Origin: the human T2T-CHM13v2.0 reference genome, Homo sapiens | Assembly (NCBI RefSeq): GCF_009914755.1 | Contig: NC_060932.1 | Direction: 5' to 3' (one strand) | Length of the DNA stretch: 64,000 nucleotides | In this document: one piece after another, positions 13,413 through 27,367 of the stretch | Numbering within the stretch: position 1 is the stretch's first letter | Layout: every line of letters starts with the position of its first letter | Translations under genes and position numbers: made by a program | Notes under the pieces: model-generated | Told to the model about the DNA's origin: nothing | Seen by the model: only the letters and a program-made list of their open reading frames with translations | Database searches by the model: none

Positions 13413-13709
13413 GGCTGGGCGCAGTGGCTCACACCTGCAATCCCAACACTTAGGGAGGCTGAGGCAGGATATCACTTGAGCCCAGGGGTTCGAGGCCAGC
13501 TTGGGAAACAAAGTGAACCCCTGCATCTCTCAAAAAACTTAGCTGGGTATGGTGGTGCATAGCTGTAGTCCCAACTACTCCAGAGGCTGAGATGAGAGGA
13601 TTATTTGAGCCCAGGAGGTCGATGCTGCAGTGAGCTGTGATTGCACTGTTGCACTCCAGCCTGGGTGATAGAGAGATACACTGTCTCAAAAAATGATAAT
13701 AATAAAAAA
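13413..13709 (+). mobile_element. AluJ
   Basis: cttgagcccagg in both arms; aaaagcag flanks both ends (TSD). Confidence 0.9.
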
Positions 13710-14103
13710 GCAGAAAAAAAATGCATGAAGAGAGAAGAGCATGTTGTAGGGTTATCTATTAGAATAAAGTACCCAGGAGAGAAACTTAAAACTCTGTCTT
13801 CTAACAAATCCCACCTAACAAATTACATTTTATTTAATACAGACCAGTGGTTCTTAATACTATTTTATAGCCCAGATACACATAAGAGATAGACATGCTA
13901 TAGCTGTTAACAGTAGCTCTGTGATCTGCAACAGATCAGAGAGTATCTGCTTCTCTGCAGGAGGAAGCATCATGGGGTATAGTTCAGAAAAATCCTCAGG
14001 AGTGACTTTGGTGACCGTGGTTAAGAATCACAGGCGCAGACACTCCCAAAAGGGTGATCATTATGTTTTACCTTTCCCTGCTAAATTTATAATTAAAAAA
14101 TAA

Positions 14104-14270
14104 CTGAGAGCGGTGGCTGACACCTGTAATCCCAGCAGTTTGGGAGGCCAAGTCAGGAGGATGACTTGAGCCCAGGAGGTTGAGGCCCAATAAGCCATGA
14201 TCACACCATTGTACTCCAGCCTGGGTGACAGAAGGAGACTTATCTCAAAAAACAAAAAGAAAAACAAAAA
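14104..14270 (+). mobile_element. Monomeric Alu (FRAM-like)
   Basis: A single ~140 bp arm followed by an A-rich tail. Confidence 0.75.
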
Positions 14271-14779
14271 GCCCAGTGTGATAAAAATAGAAATAAAAAT
14301 TTCAAAAAAATAAAAGAAGTCTCCTCAAGGATAAGTAGCCTTCTCATATGGTTTAAAATATATCCTCTTAAAAATAAACAATGCCTCTATTAGCAGTTCC
14401 TATGCAGAACTTGTTTTTTAAAGATTTACCTCCAAAATTCATTCTTTGGGAGAGCACCCTTTAAGGATTGTAGCGTGAACAATTGGTATTAGAAATCTTT
14501 TAAGGTAAGTTATTATATTTCTAATAAAGTAATGGATACAGCAGAAACAACATTCTAGAGGATTTAGCTTGATATCATTCTCAACTGAAATGAGGATTTT
14601 CTCTCATGTGCTTCAACTCTGAATAAAAATGAATGCACCCTCCCTGGAGATGCATTACTATATGGAGGAGTTGGGGCAGAGGGAATAGTCTGAGATGAAT
14701 AGATAAAGATGTTCCAAAATACGAAGGTCTCTGGAACAGTTGTTTTTTATGTTGTCTCATGGCAAGATGAGTGTAGGGG

Positions 14780-15090
14780 CTACACAGTGATCAGGCAGTA
14801 AATTTAGAGCCAAAAAAAAGGAGACACTTCACAGGGCATGTGGTTTGCTTCTGGGAATCTCTGACATGGAAGGTCAAGGAATTAAATACTGGAGTTGGAT
14901 TTATGCTAGGGCTGACTGTTTTTATGGCCAATACAACATTTATTGGTATGCTAAGATAAAGTTAATCAAGTCTTGAGCTTCATGGTGGGGAAGCAAAGAT
15001 TACCTCTCAAGAGTTAGGAAGAGATCTTCCCCCAAACACTGCAAAATACACACTTGCCTGATCATTTAGTGTTCTCTTCTCTCTGGAGGT
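14780..15090 (+). mobile_element. Ancient CR1/L3-family 3' end
   Basis: ggcagtaaatttagagcc...cttcacagggcatgtgg...gagttaggaagagatcttcccc resembles a CR1 ORF2 end and 3' UTR. Confidence 0.45.
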
Positions 15091-15624
15091 TATTAGAAGT
15101 TCAGGTGATATTTAATGAAAATGTGGGCTCCTAAGAAAAAATGAAAAGCTTTCTGAAGTTGTCACATTTCGGGGGGTGCATTGCTCAGGAATTTTTCGTT
15201 TTTAAATAATGTTTCACAAGGCAGAGCATGTCTTAATTTTATGCCTAATTCTTTGTGTAATCAAAAGCAATATTTCAACTCACCTGCTCTGACTTCTTTA
15301 TCTTTAACATTGGGGTGTTGTACATTTTAGGGATAGATGGATGGTTAGATTAAGCTAAGATTTATAATCTGTTGTTCTTAAAGTGTATCCTTCTGTCTAG
15401 TTTTCACTTATGAATGATCATTTTTAGAGAGGAGAGTTAGCATAATGTCAGGTTGACAATCTGCAATAATCTTTGGTCAGTGGTTGGGGAAAGACAATGA
15501 ATTTATAGTTTGGATTTTTGCAAAGAGATAAAACAAAGTATTATCACATGGTAATTACTAGTTATTTTTAGGTCAACATTTCAGAGTTTGGTTTACTTGG
15601 CTTAGAGACAGTGGTGAATGTTGA

Positions 15625-15805
15625 AGAGGTATAGTGTAGCCACAAATGAGCAGTGTAATGTCGTGGAAAATGTCACAAGGGTTCAAATCCTGGCCCTGCC
15701 ACTCAATCTGTATGTGACCTTGGCCAGTCATTCAACCTCTCTTAATCTCAGTGTCTTCCTCTACAAAGCAGGGATATTAAGTTATCTTGCAATGTTGAGT
15801 TAAAG
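15625..15805 (+). mobile_element. MIR
   Basis: gggttcaaatcctggccctgccact...tgtgaccttggcc...ctcagtgtcttcctctacaaa. Confidence 0.8.
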
Positions 15806-15814
15806 ATTAGACTT

Positions 15815-16102
15815 GGCCAGGCACAGTGACTCACATCTGTAATCCCAGCAATTTGGGAGGCTGTGGCAGGAGGATCGCTTGAAGCCAGAGGTGTCAGACC
15901 AGCCTAGGCAACCAAGCGAGACTGTCTCTACAAAAAATAAAATAAAAAATTAGCCAGGTGCAGTGGTGTGCATCTGTAGTTACAGCTACTCAGGAGGCTG
16001 AGGTGGGAGGATTGCTTGAGCCCAGCAATTTGAGAGAGGCTGCAGTGAGCTATGATCATGCCCTTCTACTACATCCTGGGCACCAGAGTGTGACCCTGTC
16101 TC
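15815..16102 (+). mobile_element. AluJ lacking an A tail
   Basis: Dimeric AluJ ending gaccctgtctct, directly joined to MER20. Confidence 0.85.
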
Positions 16103-16321
16103 TGGTTCTCATTTGGGGCAAATTTATCTCCCGGGGCCATGTGACAATGTCTAGAGACATTTTGGCTGTCACTGCCTGGGAAAGAAGTGTTACAAGAATC
16201 TAACGGGTAGAAGCCAGGGATGACACTAGACATCTGATATCACACAGGACAGGCTCCCACCCGCAACCCCAACAAAGAATTATCTGGTTCAAATGTCAAC
16301 AGTGTTGTTTGAGAAACTCTG
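16102..16321 (+). mobile_element. MER20 (hAT-Charlie)
   Basis: ggttctca...caatgtctagagacattttgg...agaagccagggatg...caacaaagaattatctgg...gagaaactctg. Confidence 0.8.
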
Positions 16322-16377
16322 AACTTAATATATACTAAGTGATTAGAATCATGCCTGCCAGAAATAAGAATAATAAC

Positions 16378-16752
16378 TGTTATGGGTGGAATTGTGTTCA
16401 CCAAAATTCACAGATTGAAGCCCTAGTCCCTAGAATTTTACAATGCAACAGTGTTTGGAGATGAGCTCTTTAAAGGGGTAATTAAGTTAAAAGGGGGCCG
16501 TTAGCACCAACCCTAATCCGATATGACTGGTATCCTAATAAGAGGAGATTAGGACACAGAGACACCAGGGGTGCTTATGCACAGAGCCTATCTGAGGACA
16601 CAGCAAGCCATGAAGACAGGCTTCAGAAAAAAATAAACCTGTTGACACCTTGATCCTGAACTTCTTGCCTCCAGAACTGTAGGAGGTAAATTTCTCTTGT
16701 TTCAGCCACCCAGCCTGTGTTTTTTCTAATGGCAGCCCTAACAAACTAATAG
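16378..16752 (+). mobile_element. MLT1A/B-like MaLR LTR
   Basis: tgttatggg...ccctaatcc.atatgactgg...gcctccagaactgt...ggcagccctaacaaactaata. Confidence 0.8.
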
Positions 16753-16854
16753 AGTTACTGCTATTATTATCATTATTATTAAAAAGAAAGCATTTGGTCA
16801 CGAAAAGCATTATTACAAAACTCAGAAAAAAATATTAACTCTTTATTGATATTC

Positions 16855-16886
16855 TATTAGATTGGTGCAAAAGTAATTGTGGTTTT
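16855..16886. mobile_element. MADE1/Hsmar1 TIR half
   Basis: tattagattggtgcaaaagtaattgtggtttt matches the Hsmar1 TIR. Confidence 0.7.
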
Positions 16887-17354
16887 CAACACAGCCAAAA
16901 GCCCTGTTAGTAAAAGAGTAAGTAGAGATGGTAAAAGCAAATTTTTTAAATAAAGGCAATGCTTAGCCACAGATGAGGCAAAGTTCAGCATTAGTAGGGA
17001 TCAGCGTAGTAAGAATTTATCTAAGCAGAATTTACACAGGTAATGCACTCTGAATGTTTATTTATATTACTTTAGCCCAAAATGACCAGAATCTGACATT
17101 GTGAACATCTAGGTGGCTGCTAAAGTCAGATTCCTGAGTGAGATCTGTATGGGGCACAAAGCCAGCAAATGAATATTATGATTAAAAGTTAATTTTCTGG
17201 TCCCAAGCACCAGGGGAAACACCAATCCCGAAGCACCTCGCTGGGCATCTGTTGGGTGGAAGGGCTCTTTGTGTCTTGCAATTCTATGATGCCCCAGAAA
17301 AATAGACTTCTTCATGCTCTTAACCTCTAGCGCATACCTGCATCTGAAAAACTA

Positions 17355-17718
<364 letters not shown>

Positions 17719-18259
17719 AGAAAAGACAAACCAAGGCAAATAACCTTTCTCCAGAAACCCAAAGAAGAGCTTGCCTGACCAATGCTCCCTTAAACATTTC
17801 CCCAAGCCTTCCTTTGACTTGTTCTTTCCAAGAAGAAGTTTATCTCAGACATCAGGTATAAGGGGGGAGAATGTCACTGACAATTAGTGAACATTAGGTG
17901 ATCTTTTTATGAGGATGAGCCATTGCTGCTGTCACCATGTGCTTGTACTTATTAGAAGAAAATGGTAATTATGTTAATCCGCAGCTCAAGAGGAGAACAT
18001 AAAACTTGTGCAGGTCTCACTCCCATTTTACTAGAGACAATGAGCAGAGAACATTAAGGGCAATACCAAGGGTAGCCACATGGCAATTTAAGATAATTCT
18101 AAAAGGTATTCCCCTTGGTAGGCACATGGGATGTTCATATTCTTATTGAAAGCTGGCTCTTTGAAAACTGAACAAGGTAGCACTTTGTTCTAGCAGGCAG
18201 AGCTCAGCACAGCAGGCTGGTTAAATTTCAGCCTTATACATTCCCTTCTCCAGATGTCC

Positions 18260-18455
18260 TTGTACAGTGAATCAGAAGGTTGGATTATTTTGTATCCATG
18301 GTGCTTACAGCTCTAACATCCTCAGTTCATAAGTGGAGAAACTGAGGTCTAGAGAAATCAGGTGATGTACCAACCACAAGCAACTAGTTAGTCATGCAAG
18401 GGGCCTCAGGATGCAAGTGTTATGACTTCCAAGACATGGCTCTTTGCATTCTACC
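18260..18455 (-). mobile_element. MIR fragment
   Basis: gagaaactgaggtctagaga...gacttccaagacatggctcttt. Confidence 0.55.
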
Positions 18456-18939
18456 GTGTGCAGAGCACTCATCTTGGAGGATCTTCCCTCTCAGGAGAGA
18501 GTCAAGATACAGGGGACCACTAAAACTACGTGTCTATTCTAGAACATGTATCCTCCTTTGTTATCATTTCCTAGTTATATCTGCCTGTGTTTTGTATGCC
18601 TCCCTTCCCGCCATCCCCGACCAGTCTCTATCTAGTATATTGATGAAGATTGGATAATAATCAATAAATGTTTTTGATATGTAATAAATCCATGGTATAG
18701 ATTACTATTTAGGTTTTACTTAATAAGCCTAAAATGTTCACTTTTGGTCTTGGCCAAATCCATCAAATCTCAAATTTTCTTTTAATTAGAGAAAATGAAT
18801 ACATTAAACAGATGGAGTAATAAAGTCTAATGAGAGTTTGAACAGAGAGGGAGGAAGAAAGGCACTAAATTTGATAAGAATGTAACAGAGCTGAAACTAT
18901 GAAAATAGAGAAATAGATGAAATAAGAGTAAAGAAAAAG

Positions 18940-19115
18940 TAAAGATTTGAGACCACATAAATCCTGGTCCAAGATAGAGATTGTTTGCTTGTCATTTATG
19001 ACCCTGGACAAGTTACATGGCTTCTCTGTTTTTTTCACCTTTAAAAGGGAAACTTTCTGAGTTGTTCTAAACATTGATGAAAATATACAAAAGTTACCTA
19101 GCATCTTTTGTACAA
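18940..19115 (+). mobile_element. MIR fragment
   Basis: gaccctggacaagttac...ctctgttttttcacctttaaaaggg. Confidence 0.5.
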
Positions 19116-19119
19116 ATGA

Positions 19120-19632
19120 GTAGTGAGGTGGATTGCAAATATGGCCCTTCTTTGTATCACATCCTTTGCAAGGCACTTTGCAGCCTGTCCCACCAAACCC
19201 TGGCAGTAATTCCCCACCTGGTGAACTGAGCTTTCTCTCACCTTCCAGTTGGTGAATTGAGGCTTTTTACTTGCTTTGGGTTTTCACTTGCTTTGGGCTA
19301 ATAGACATTATGTCAGTTTCCAGTCAAGGTTACTTCTTCCTTTCTTGAACTCTTCTGACCACATGTGATTCTATTTGGGCTATGATGCTGGAAGATGAGA
19401 GAAATGAAGCCCAGTCTCGCCATCACTCCATCCGATAGCCAGACAGCCCTTAATTGCTGACTTGCCTTGCTGACATACATTTTACTGCATTGGGTGCCTG
19501 GCCAAGGCCAGAAGAACTACAAGAGAAAACCAACCTAAACTGTCCACCCGCAGAAATAGGAACTAAATAAATGAATGTTGTCTTAATTACTAAGTTTGGG
19601 ATCATCAGTTATGTGGCAATAATGAACTGATT
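19120..19632 (+). mobile_element. Old MLT1 (F/G/H-like) LTR
   Basis: acttgctttgggctaatag...ccacccgcagaa...ctaagtttggg...ttatgtggcaataatgaactgat. Confidence 0.6.
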
Positions 19633-21104
19633 TAAGTAGTATTTATGTTACGGTGTTTAAATTCTCGAGGATCTTACCTTAAGTTTAAACAACCCTAGGT
19701 TTCATAATTTCCTGAAATCCAAAAGAGATATCTGCAGAATTTTTTTATTTTTTTATTTTTTTACTCAAGGACAGAAGCATCCTTACTCAAACTTTTTAAT
19801 TTGGCTCTGAAAGCATTGGTTTTGTCCAAAATGTCAGAAAGTACCTTCAATAAACTACTACAGCAAAGAGTAGATACAAATCATAACAAAAAAGACTGGA
19901 AGTCCAGGCTGAATCTTGGAAAAGAAAAAATCTCTCTTAAAAAGACTTCAGAAAGGATTTAAAGGAGTGGTGGAATTACTGTAGAATGATTTGTTGATAG
20001 TCTATAGATTTTAGTTATAACATACTCATTTTTTTCTCTCTCTCACACACAAACACACAAACACACAAGCACATACACACACAGAGTCATGCTTTCTCCT
20101 TGCAACAACTTTTTCAAGGGCAGTCATTAGACAACTGTACTCTTTGTCCCTTTTCTCCAGGAAACAGCATCAACGCCATTCATTGTCCCCAAAATGTTTT
20201 CCATTTAGTCCTAGTGTCAGAAACAACCCCATTTATCTACCTTGACACTGACCTCTTGATCTTCAGATGAATTCTGACCAAGTGCACCTTGGCCTTCCAC
20301 TCAGATTGAGGCTCCATAAGGATGTTTTGCCATGGTCTCCACACCAGATGTCTGCCTAATGGGCAAACTGGGTTTGGTTTGCAGACAGAGATAGAGACTC
20401 CTGAAAGCAATTCGCCTTGGCTCTCTCTGGGAAATAAGGGTCCAGACATCACAGAGGATAAGAAAATCAGGTCACATGTGATGGGAACTTGAACAGAGGC
20501 AACAGTAGCTTTTTATATCTGTGTTTATAGATTTTTTTTCCTGCAGAAATAGCTTTCAAGAGCAGCAGGCATAAGGAAGTTTGGCAAAAGAAAGTTTTTT
20601 TCTTTTCAGCAAATTGCTCCTGGATATATCTTTGGCTGGAGTTTGGACCAAAGTCAGTTTTACCTTTAGGTTTTGATAAAGAAATTGAGTTATGAAAGAA
20701 AAGGTGTTATGGTTTATTATCTCAAATGCAAATGCAAGTAATCACACAACAGAGATGCAGGAGAACATTTTTCCCCCAATTATTTTACATAGTTATGAAG
20801 ATTTCACTAAAAAGTAAATTATATTTACTTTGAGGGAGGAAAATATAAACAGAGAATTACACCATTTAAGATAATGAATAGACCTTAAGACCCTAGCATT
20901 TTATAGATTAAGAAACTGAGGTTCTAATAATTGAAGCTGCACAGCAAATACACAGCAGAAAAGCAGACAAATTTAGAGACATGGAGTTGGCCAAAGTTCA
21001 TTATGCAAATTGGAACACAGTGACTTACTTTATCAACTGTTTCTTAGAGAAATTGGCAAACACCTTTTCTAAGTTGTAGCGATAGCATCTAAATTTTCTC
21101 CCCT

Positions 21105-21281
21105 TGGTGCCGGCAGACCATGCCTGACCAGCAGAGAGCTCTGGCTGGGCAGTCCCCATGGCAATGCACCAGCTTGCCTGCTCCCTCCCCACACTACACC
21201 TTCCCCCCAGGCCCAAGTCAACCAGCTAATTGCTCTGCTGGCATGTGTGTGTGAGGGCAGGTTTTGCCTTCCTTGCCCCAC

Positions 21282-21316
<35 letters not shown>

Positions 21317-24300
21317 TGAACCCTGCCTTATCAGCACTGGAGGGAGTATAGTGTGCACCCCCACCCCCATGGGACCACCATTACAGTTGGAGTCTTGGCA
21401 GGCACAGAGCCAGCCAGTCTCGACCCTGCCAGCACCATGACCTTGAGCCAACACTGCCAAGGGATGAAACTTGTCACAGAGAACAGTGGACCCTGCCCGC
21501 CTTCAGCAGTCACGCCTGCCTGTGGCACACAAGAGTGCACAGAGACCTGTGTCCAGCAGTGCCCCACCCTTGTGCCAATAGCACTGCCAACACGACTGTG
21601 TGCACAGTTGCCACCAAGGGCCCCCCAGGCTCTCCTGAGCCAGCTGCCTCTGCCACTGTGGTGAACTCCTGCACGGAGGCAGGCACCTTGGCACCTACTA
21701 GCACCCTGCCACAGCTGAAGAGGATACACCCCACCAGGCTGCCACATTCGCTGCTGCTGGCATGTGTGAAAAAGGATGGATTATGCTGCTATTGCACCGT
21801 GAAACACTCTGGCTGACACCACCCATTGGAGGGTAGTAACCAGCAGTCTAGGAGCACATCAGCACCCCAAGCAGAGTGAATTCCTGACCTCAAGGAGCCA
21901 GAGAACAAAGTTGGTGCCCAATACAAGACCCCCAGAGTTACAGCACACAGTCCAGGAGTTGGGAGCTGAGGAGTGACCCCATAAAATTTTCCAGAAATAA
22001 ACCCAGTCAGCTGAATCCACTTTATACCACAACCAGACACTCAAGGTCATCATAAAGGATAAAAGAAAAAAAAAAACCAAAACATCCAAAGCTCAGCAAT
22101 GTCAAAGATCAAAGAAACATCAACCCACAAAGGTGAAAAAGAACCAACACATGAACCCTAACAACTCAGAAAGCCAGGGTACCTTCTTTCCTCCAAACAA
22201 TCACACCACCTCTCTACAAGGGTTCTGAACCAGCTGAAATGACAGAAATAGAATTCAGAATAAAGATAGAAAGAAAGATCTTCAAGATGTAGGAGCATAT
22301 TGAAACCCAATCCAAGGAAGCTAAAAATAACAATAAAACAATACAGGAGATGGAATATAAAATAGCCAGTATAGAAAAGAGCATAACTGACCTGATAGTG
22401 CTGAAAAACACACTACAAGAATTTCATAATGCAATCACAAGTATTAATAGCAGAATAGACCAGCTGGAGGAAAGAACCTCAGAGCCTGAAGATTGGCTTT
22501 CTGAAATAAGTCAGCCAGACAAGAATAGAGAAAAAGGAATAAAAAGAAGCAAATAAAACCTCTGAGAAATATGGGATTATGTAAAGAGACAAAATCTACA
22601 ACTCACTGGTGTCCCTGAAAGAGTTGGAGAGTGTAGGCAACTTAGAAAACATGTTTCAGGATATCGTCCATGAGAACTTTCCCAACTCACATAGGCAGGC
22701 AAACATTCAAGTTCAGGAAATGCAGAGAACCCCATTAAGATACTTCACAAGAAGATCATCCCCAAGACACATAATCATTTGATTACCCAAGGTTGAAATA
22801 AAAGAAAAAAAATGTTAAAAGCATCTAGAGAGAAAGTTTAGGTCACCTACAAAGGGAAGCCTATAAGACAAATAGAGGACCTCTTAGCAGAAACTCTACA
22901 AGCCAGAAGATACTGGGGGACACAGCTAAGGCTGTTTTTAGAGGAAAATTCACAGTACTGAATGTCCACATCAAAATGTTAGAAAGATCTCAAGTTAACA
23001 ATCCAACATCACAGCTAAAAGAACTGGAGAAACAAGAGAAAACCAACCCCAAAGCTAGCAGAAGAGAAGGAATAACCCAAATCAGAGTTGAACTGAAGGA
23101 GATTGAGACGTGAAAAATCATTCAAAAGTCAATGAATCCAGGATTTGTTTTTTAGAAAAAATGAATAAAATATATAGACAAGTAGCTAGACTAATAAAAA
23201 AGAGAAGATCCAAATAAACACAATTAAAAACAACAAAAGGGGTATTACCACTGACCCTACAGAAATACAAATAACCATCAGGGAATATTATGAACATCCC
23301 TATGCACATAGCCTAGAAAATCTGGAATAAACAGATAAAATCCTGGACACATACACCCTCCCAAGACCAAGCCAGGATGAAGTTGAATCCCTAAACAGGC
23401 CAATAATGAGCTCCAAGATTGAATCAGTTATAAATAGCCTACCAACCAAAAAAAGCCCCGGACCTAATGAGTTCACAGCCAAATTCTACCAGATGTACAA
23501 AGAAGATCTGGTACCATTACTACTGAAACTACTCCAAAAAATTGGCCTCATTCTATGAGGCCAGCATCATCCTGATACCAAAACCTGGCAGAGACACAAC
23601 AAAGAAAGAAAACTTCAGGCAAATATCCTTGATAAATATCAATGCAAAAATCCTTAACAAAATCATGGCAAACCAATTCCAGCAGTACATCAAAAAGCTT
23701 ATCCACCATGATCAACTAGGCTTTATCCCTAGACTGCCAGGCTGGCTTAACATATGCAAATCAATAAATATGATTCATCACAGAAACAGAACTAAATTCA
23801 AAAACCATATGATTATCTCAATAGATGCCAAAAAGTATTTCAATAAAATTCAACACCCTTCATGTTAAAAACTCCCAATAAACTAGGTATTGAAGGAAAA
23901 TACCTTAAAATAATAAGAGCTATCTATAACAAACCCACAGCCAACATCATATTGAATGGGCAAAAGCTGGAAGCCCTCCAGTTGAAAACTGGCACAAGAT
24001 AAGGATGTCCTGTTTCACCACCCCTCTTCAACATAGTACTGGAAGTCCTGGCCAGAGCAATCAGGCAAGAAAAATAAATAAAAGGCATCCAAATAGGAAG
24101 AGAGGAAGTCAAGCTACCCCTGGGTGCAGATGACATGATTCTATATCTAGAAAACTCCACAGTCTCAACCCAAAAACTTCATAAGCTGATAAAGAACTTC
24201 AGCAAGGTATCAGGATACAAAATCAATGTACAAAAATCACCAGCATTCCTATAATCCAAAAACAGTCAAGCCTACAGCCAAATCAGCAATGCAGTCCCAT

Positions 24301-26070
24301 AAACAATTGCCACAAAAAGAATAAAATACCTAGGAATATGCTAACCAGAGAGGTGAAAAGATCTCTACAAGAAGAACTACACAACACTGCTCAAAGAAGT
24401 CAGAGATGACACACACAAATGGAAAAACATTCCATGATCATGGATAGTTAGAATTAATATCGTAAAAATGACCTTACTGCCCAAAGCAATTGATAGATTC
24501 AGTGCTACTCCTATTAAACTACCAATGACATTCTTCACAGATCTAGAAAAAAACTATTTAAAAATTCACATGGAACTAAAAAAGATCCAGAATAGCCAAG
24601 GCAATCCTAAGTAAAACAAACAAAGCAGGAGGCCTCATGCTACCCGACTTCAAACTACACTACAGTGCCACATTAACCAAAAGATCATAATACTGGTACA
24701 TAAACAGACACACAGACAAATAGAACAGAATAGAGAGCCCAGAAGTAAGGCTGCACACCTACAACTATCTGAACTTTGACAAAGTTGACAAAACAAGCAA
24801 TGACAAAAGAACTCTCTCTTCAATAGATGGTACTGGGATAACTGGCTAGCCATATGCAGAAGATTGAAACTGGACCCCTTCCTTACATCATATACAAAAA
24901 TTAACTCAACATGAATTAAAGACTTAAAGGTATAACCCAAACCTATAGAGCCCTGGAAGACAAATGAGGCAATACAATTCTGGATATAGGAATAAGCAAG
25001 GATTTCATGACAAAGATGCCAAAAGCAATTGAGAAAAAAAGGAAAAATTGACAAATGGGATCTAACTAAAGAGCTTCTGCACAGCAAAGGAAACTCAACA
25101 GAGTGAATAGAAAACCCACAGAATGGGAGAAAATATTTGCAAACTATGCATCTGACAAAAGTCTAATATCCAGCATCTATAAGTGACTTCAAGAAATTTA
25201 CAAGATAAAAAACAACCCCACTAAAAATGGGCAAAGTACATGAACAGACACTTTTCAAAAGAAGACACACATGCGGCCAATAGGCATACAAAAAAAAAGA
25301 TCTACATCCCTGATCATTAGAGAAATACAAATTAAAATCACAGTGTGATACCATCTCATATCAGTCAGAATGGCTGTTATTAAGAAGTCAAGAAATAGCA
25401 AATGCCAGCGAGGTTGAAGAGAAAAAGGAACACTTATACACTGTTGGTAGGAGTGTACATTTGTTCAACTATTGTGGAAAGCAGTGTGGCAATTCCTCAA
25501 AGACTTAAAATAGAAATATTGTTAGACCCAGAAATCCCATTACTAGATATATACCCAAAGGAATATAAATCATTCTATTCCAAAGACACATGCACTTGTG
25601 TGTTCATTGCAGCACTGTTCACAATAGCAAAGACATTGAATAAACCTAAATGCCCATCAATAGTAGACTGAATAAAGAAAATGTGATACATATATACCAT
25701 GGAACACTATGCAGCTAAAAAAAGAACAAGATCATGTCCTTTGCAGGAACATGGATGGAGTTGGAGGCCATCATCCTTAGCAAACTAACACAAGAACAGA
25801 AAAACAAATTCTGCATTTTCTTACTTATGAGTGGGAGTTAAATGATGAGAACACATGGACACATAAAGAGGACCAATAAAATTGGGGCCTACTGGAGCAG
25901 GGAGGGTGAGAGGAGGGAGATTAGTAAAAATAACTAATGGATACTAGACTTAATACCTAGGTGATGAAATAATCTGTGCAACAAACACCCATGAGAAGTT
26001 TACCCATATAACAAACTGACACATGTACCCCTGAGCCTAAAATTAAACTTAAAGATAAATGAATAAATAC
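21105..26070 (+). mobile_element. L1PA13-16-like LINE-1, near full length with internal deletion (dead)
   Basis: GC-rich 5' region. ORF1 coiled-coil relic at 22350-22556 (LKNTLQEFHNAITSINSRIDQLEERTSE). ORF2 relics [23 protein letters not shown] (23542-23868) and CTCVFIAALFTIAK (25402-25671). 3' UTR taactaatggatactagacttaatacc. Candidate TSD attttctcccct/attttttcccct. Confidence 0.9.
21284..21314. repeat. (GT)15 microsatellite
   Basis: Read directly; lies inside the L1 5' region. Confidence 0.95.
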
Positions 26071-26372
26071 ATTTTTTCCCCTCACCAGCTTTTCCTTTCT
26101 ATCAACAATGTCTGAATATTCCTTGAGCTATCAACAACTAATTCTAAATTAACTATAATCTGTTTACTGCAGAAACCAATACTCTACCTCATGCAGTCAA
26201 TTTTACACATAATTATGTGGTGTTTCTCACTAGTCCTTCCCCTCACAAAGCTGAAACTCTTGAATTAGTAGTAAGAATAACTCATATAGGACTCATCTTC
26301 TAATATTATCACAAAAAGTTATACAATACTATACATTGTAGTTTTCTTCCAGATCCACAGAATGGTTGCAAG

Positions 26373-27011
26373 TGTCAGGGCCAAGGGAAAATTTCCCCTT
26401 TGCTTTCTGAAGTTTCACTGAAAAATCAATTCACATAAGGCAGATCAATGGGAGAAAAGGCATACATAATTATTCGCATGCACACCAGAGCTTTCAGAAT
26501 GAGGAACTAAAGATATAGGGGAAATTGTCCATTTTTATGCTTAGGTTCAACAAAGTATGGTCAGCCATGTAGAAATATGATTGGACAAAATGGGTATGAC
26601 CTAATCCTAATAGACTGAGTGAGGACTCCCAGCAAGATTGTTCTTAGCCTCTCTGGGCAGCATTATTTCCTACAGAGTTTGAAGCAGTACCCTCTCTGGA
26701 ATGGGGGTTCTTATGATCTACAGTCAAACAAGGTAAGTAAGATCACTTCTTTATGGCCAGTTTTTACACAGAAAGGCAAGGAGTGAAAGGAAGTTCAAAT
26801 AATAGCCTTAGCTTTTATAACTAGCATTGGGGAAAATACATTCTGATTTCTACGTCCCATCTTGGGTGAGAAAGCATTCTAGTTTCTGTGGCTAGCCTCT
26901 GGGTAGAATGGGACTGACAGACAAGAGGGAAGGAGAAGGTCAGAGAAAAACTTTTGCTTCTGAGGCTGCTTTGGAGGCTTCATTTTGGGTATTGTTTCCT
27001 GAGTTCCAACA
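26373..27011 (-). mobile_element. ERV1 solo LTR (MER4 group, MER39/MER34-like)
   Basis: The reverse complement begins TGTTGGAACTCAGGAAACAATACCCAAAATG. TG...CA termini; near-TSD caag/cagg. Confidence 0.7.
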
Positions 27012-27367
27012 CAGGATTAGGATTTGTACTGATCCACCTGGTGTTTTACAAGGCCCTGCGTAATATAGCCTTTGCCTATATCATGTATGTCATACCTTTC
27101 CATGGTACTCCAGCAACTCTGGCCTTATTTCAATTCCCAGAGTCCATCAAGCTCAAAACTTAGGGCCTTCCAGCTTGCTACAGTATTCCTGCAACCTACA
27201 AGATTCTTCCCCACCCACACTGGTGGGCTGGCTTCTTGTCATTCCTCATGCATCAGCTCACATGTCTGCTCTTTAGAGTGGCTTTCTCAAACAGCCCTAT
27301 CTAAATCTTCCTCCTTGCCCAATATTCTGTACTATAGCAACCTGTTATTTTACATTTGTCCTTAAAA

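Noticed and set aside
20140-20615. Three strong acceptor-like polypyrimidine-AG sites
   Set aside because: I found no convincing paired donor or open exon frame.
21025-21816. Cluster of overlapping GC-rich ORFs
   Set aside because: They lie in the L1 5' region, where GC content suppresses stop codons on both strands.
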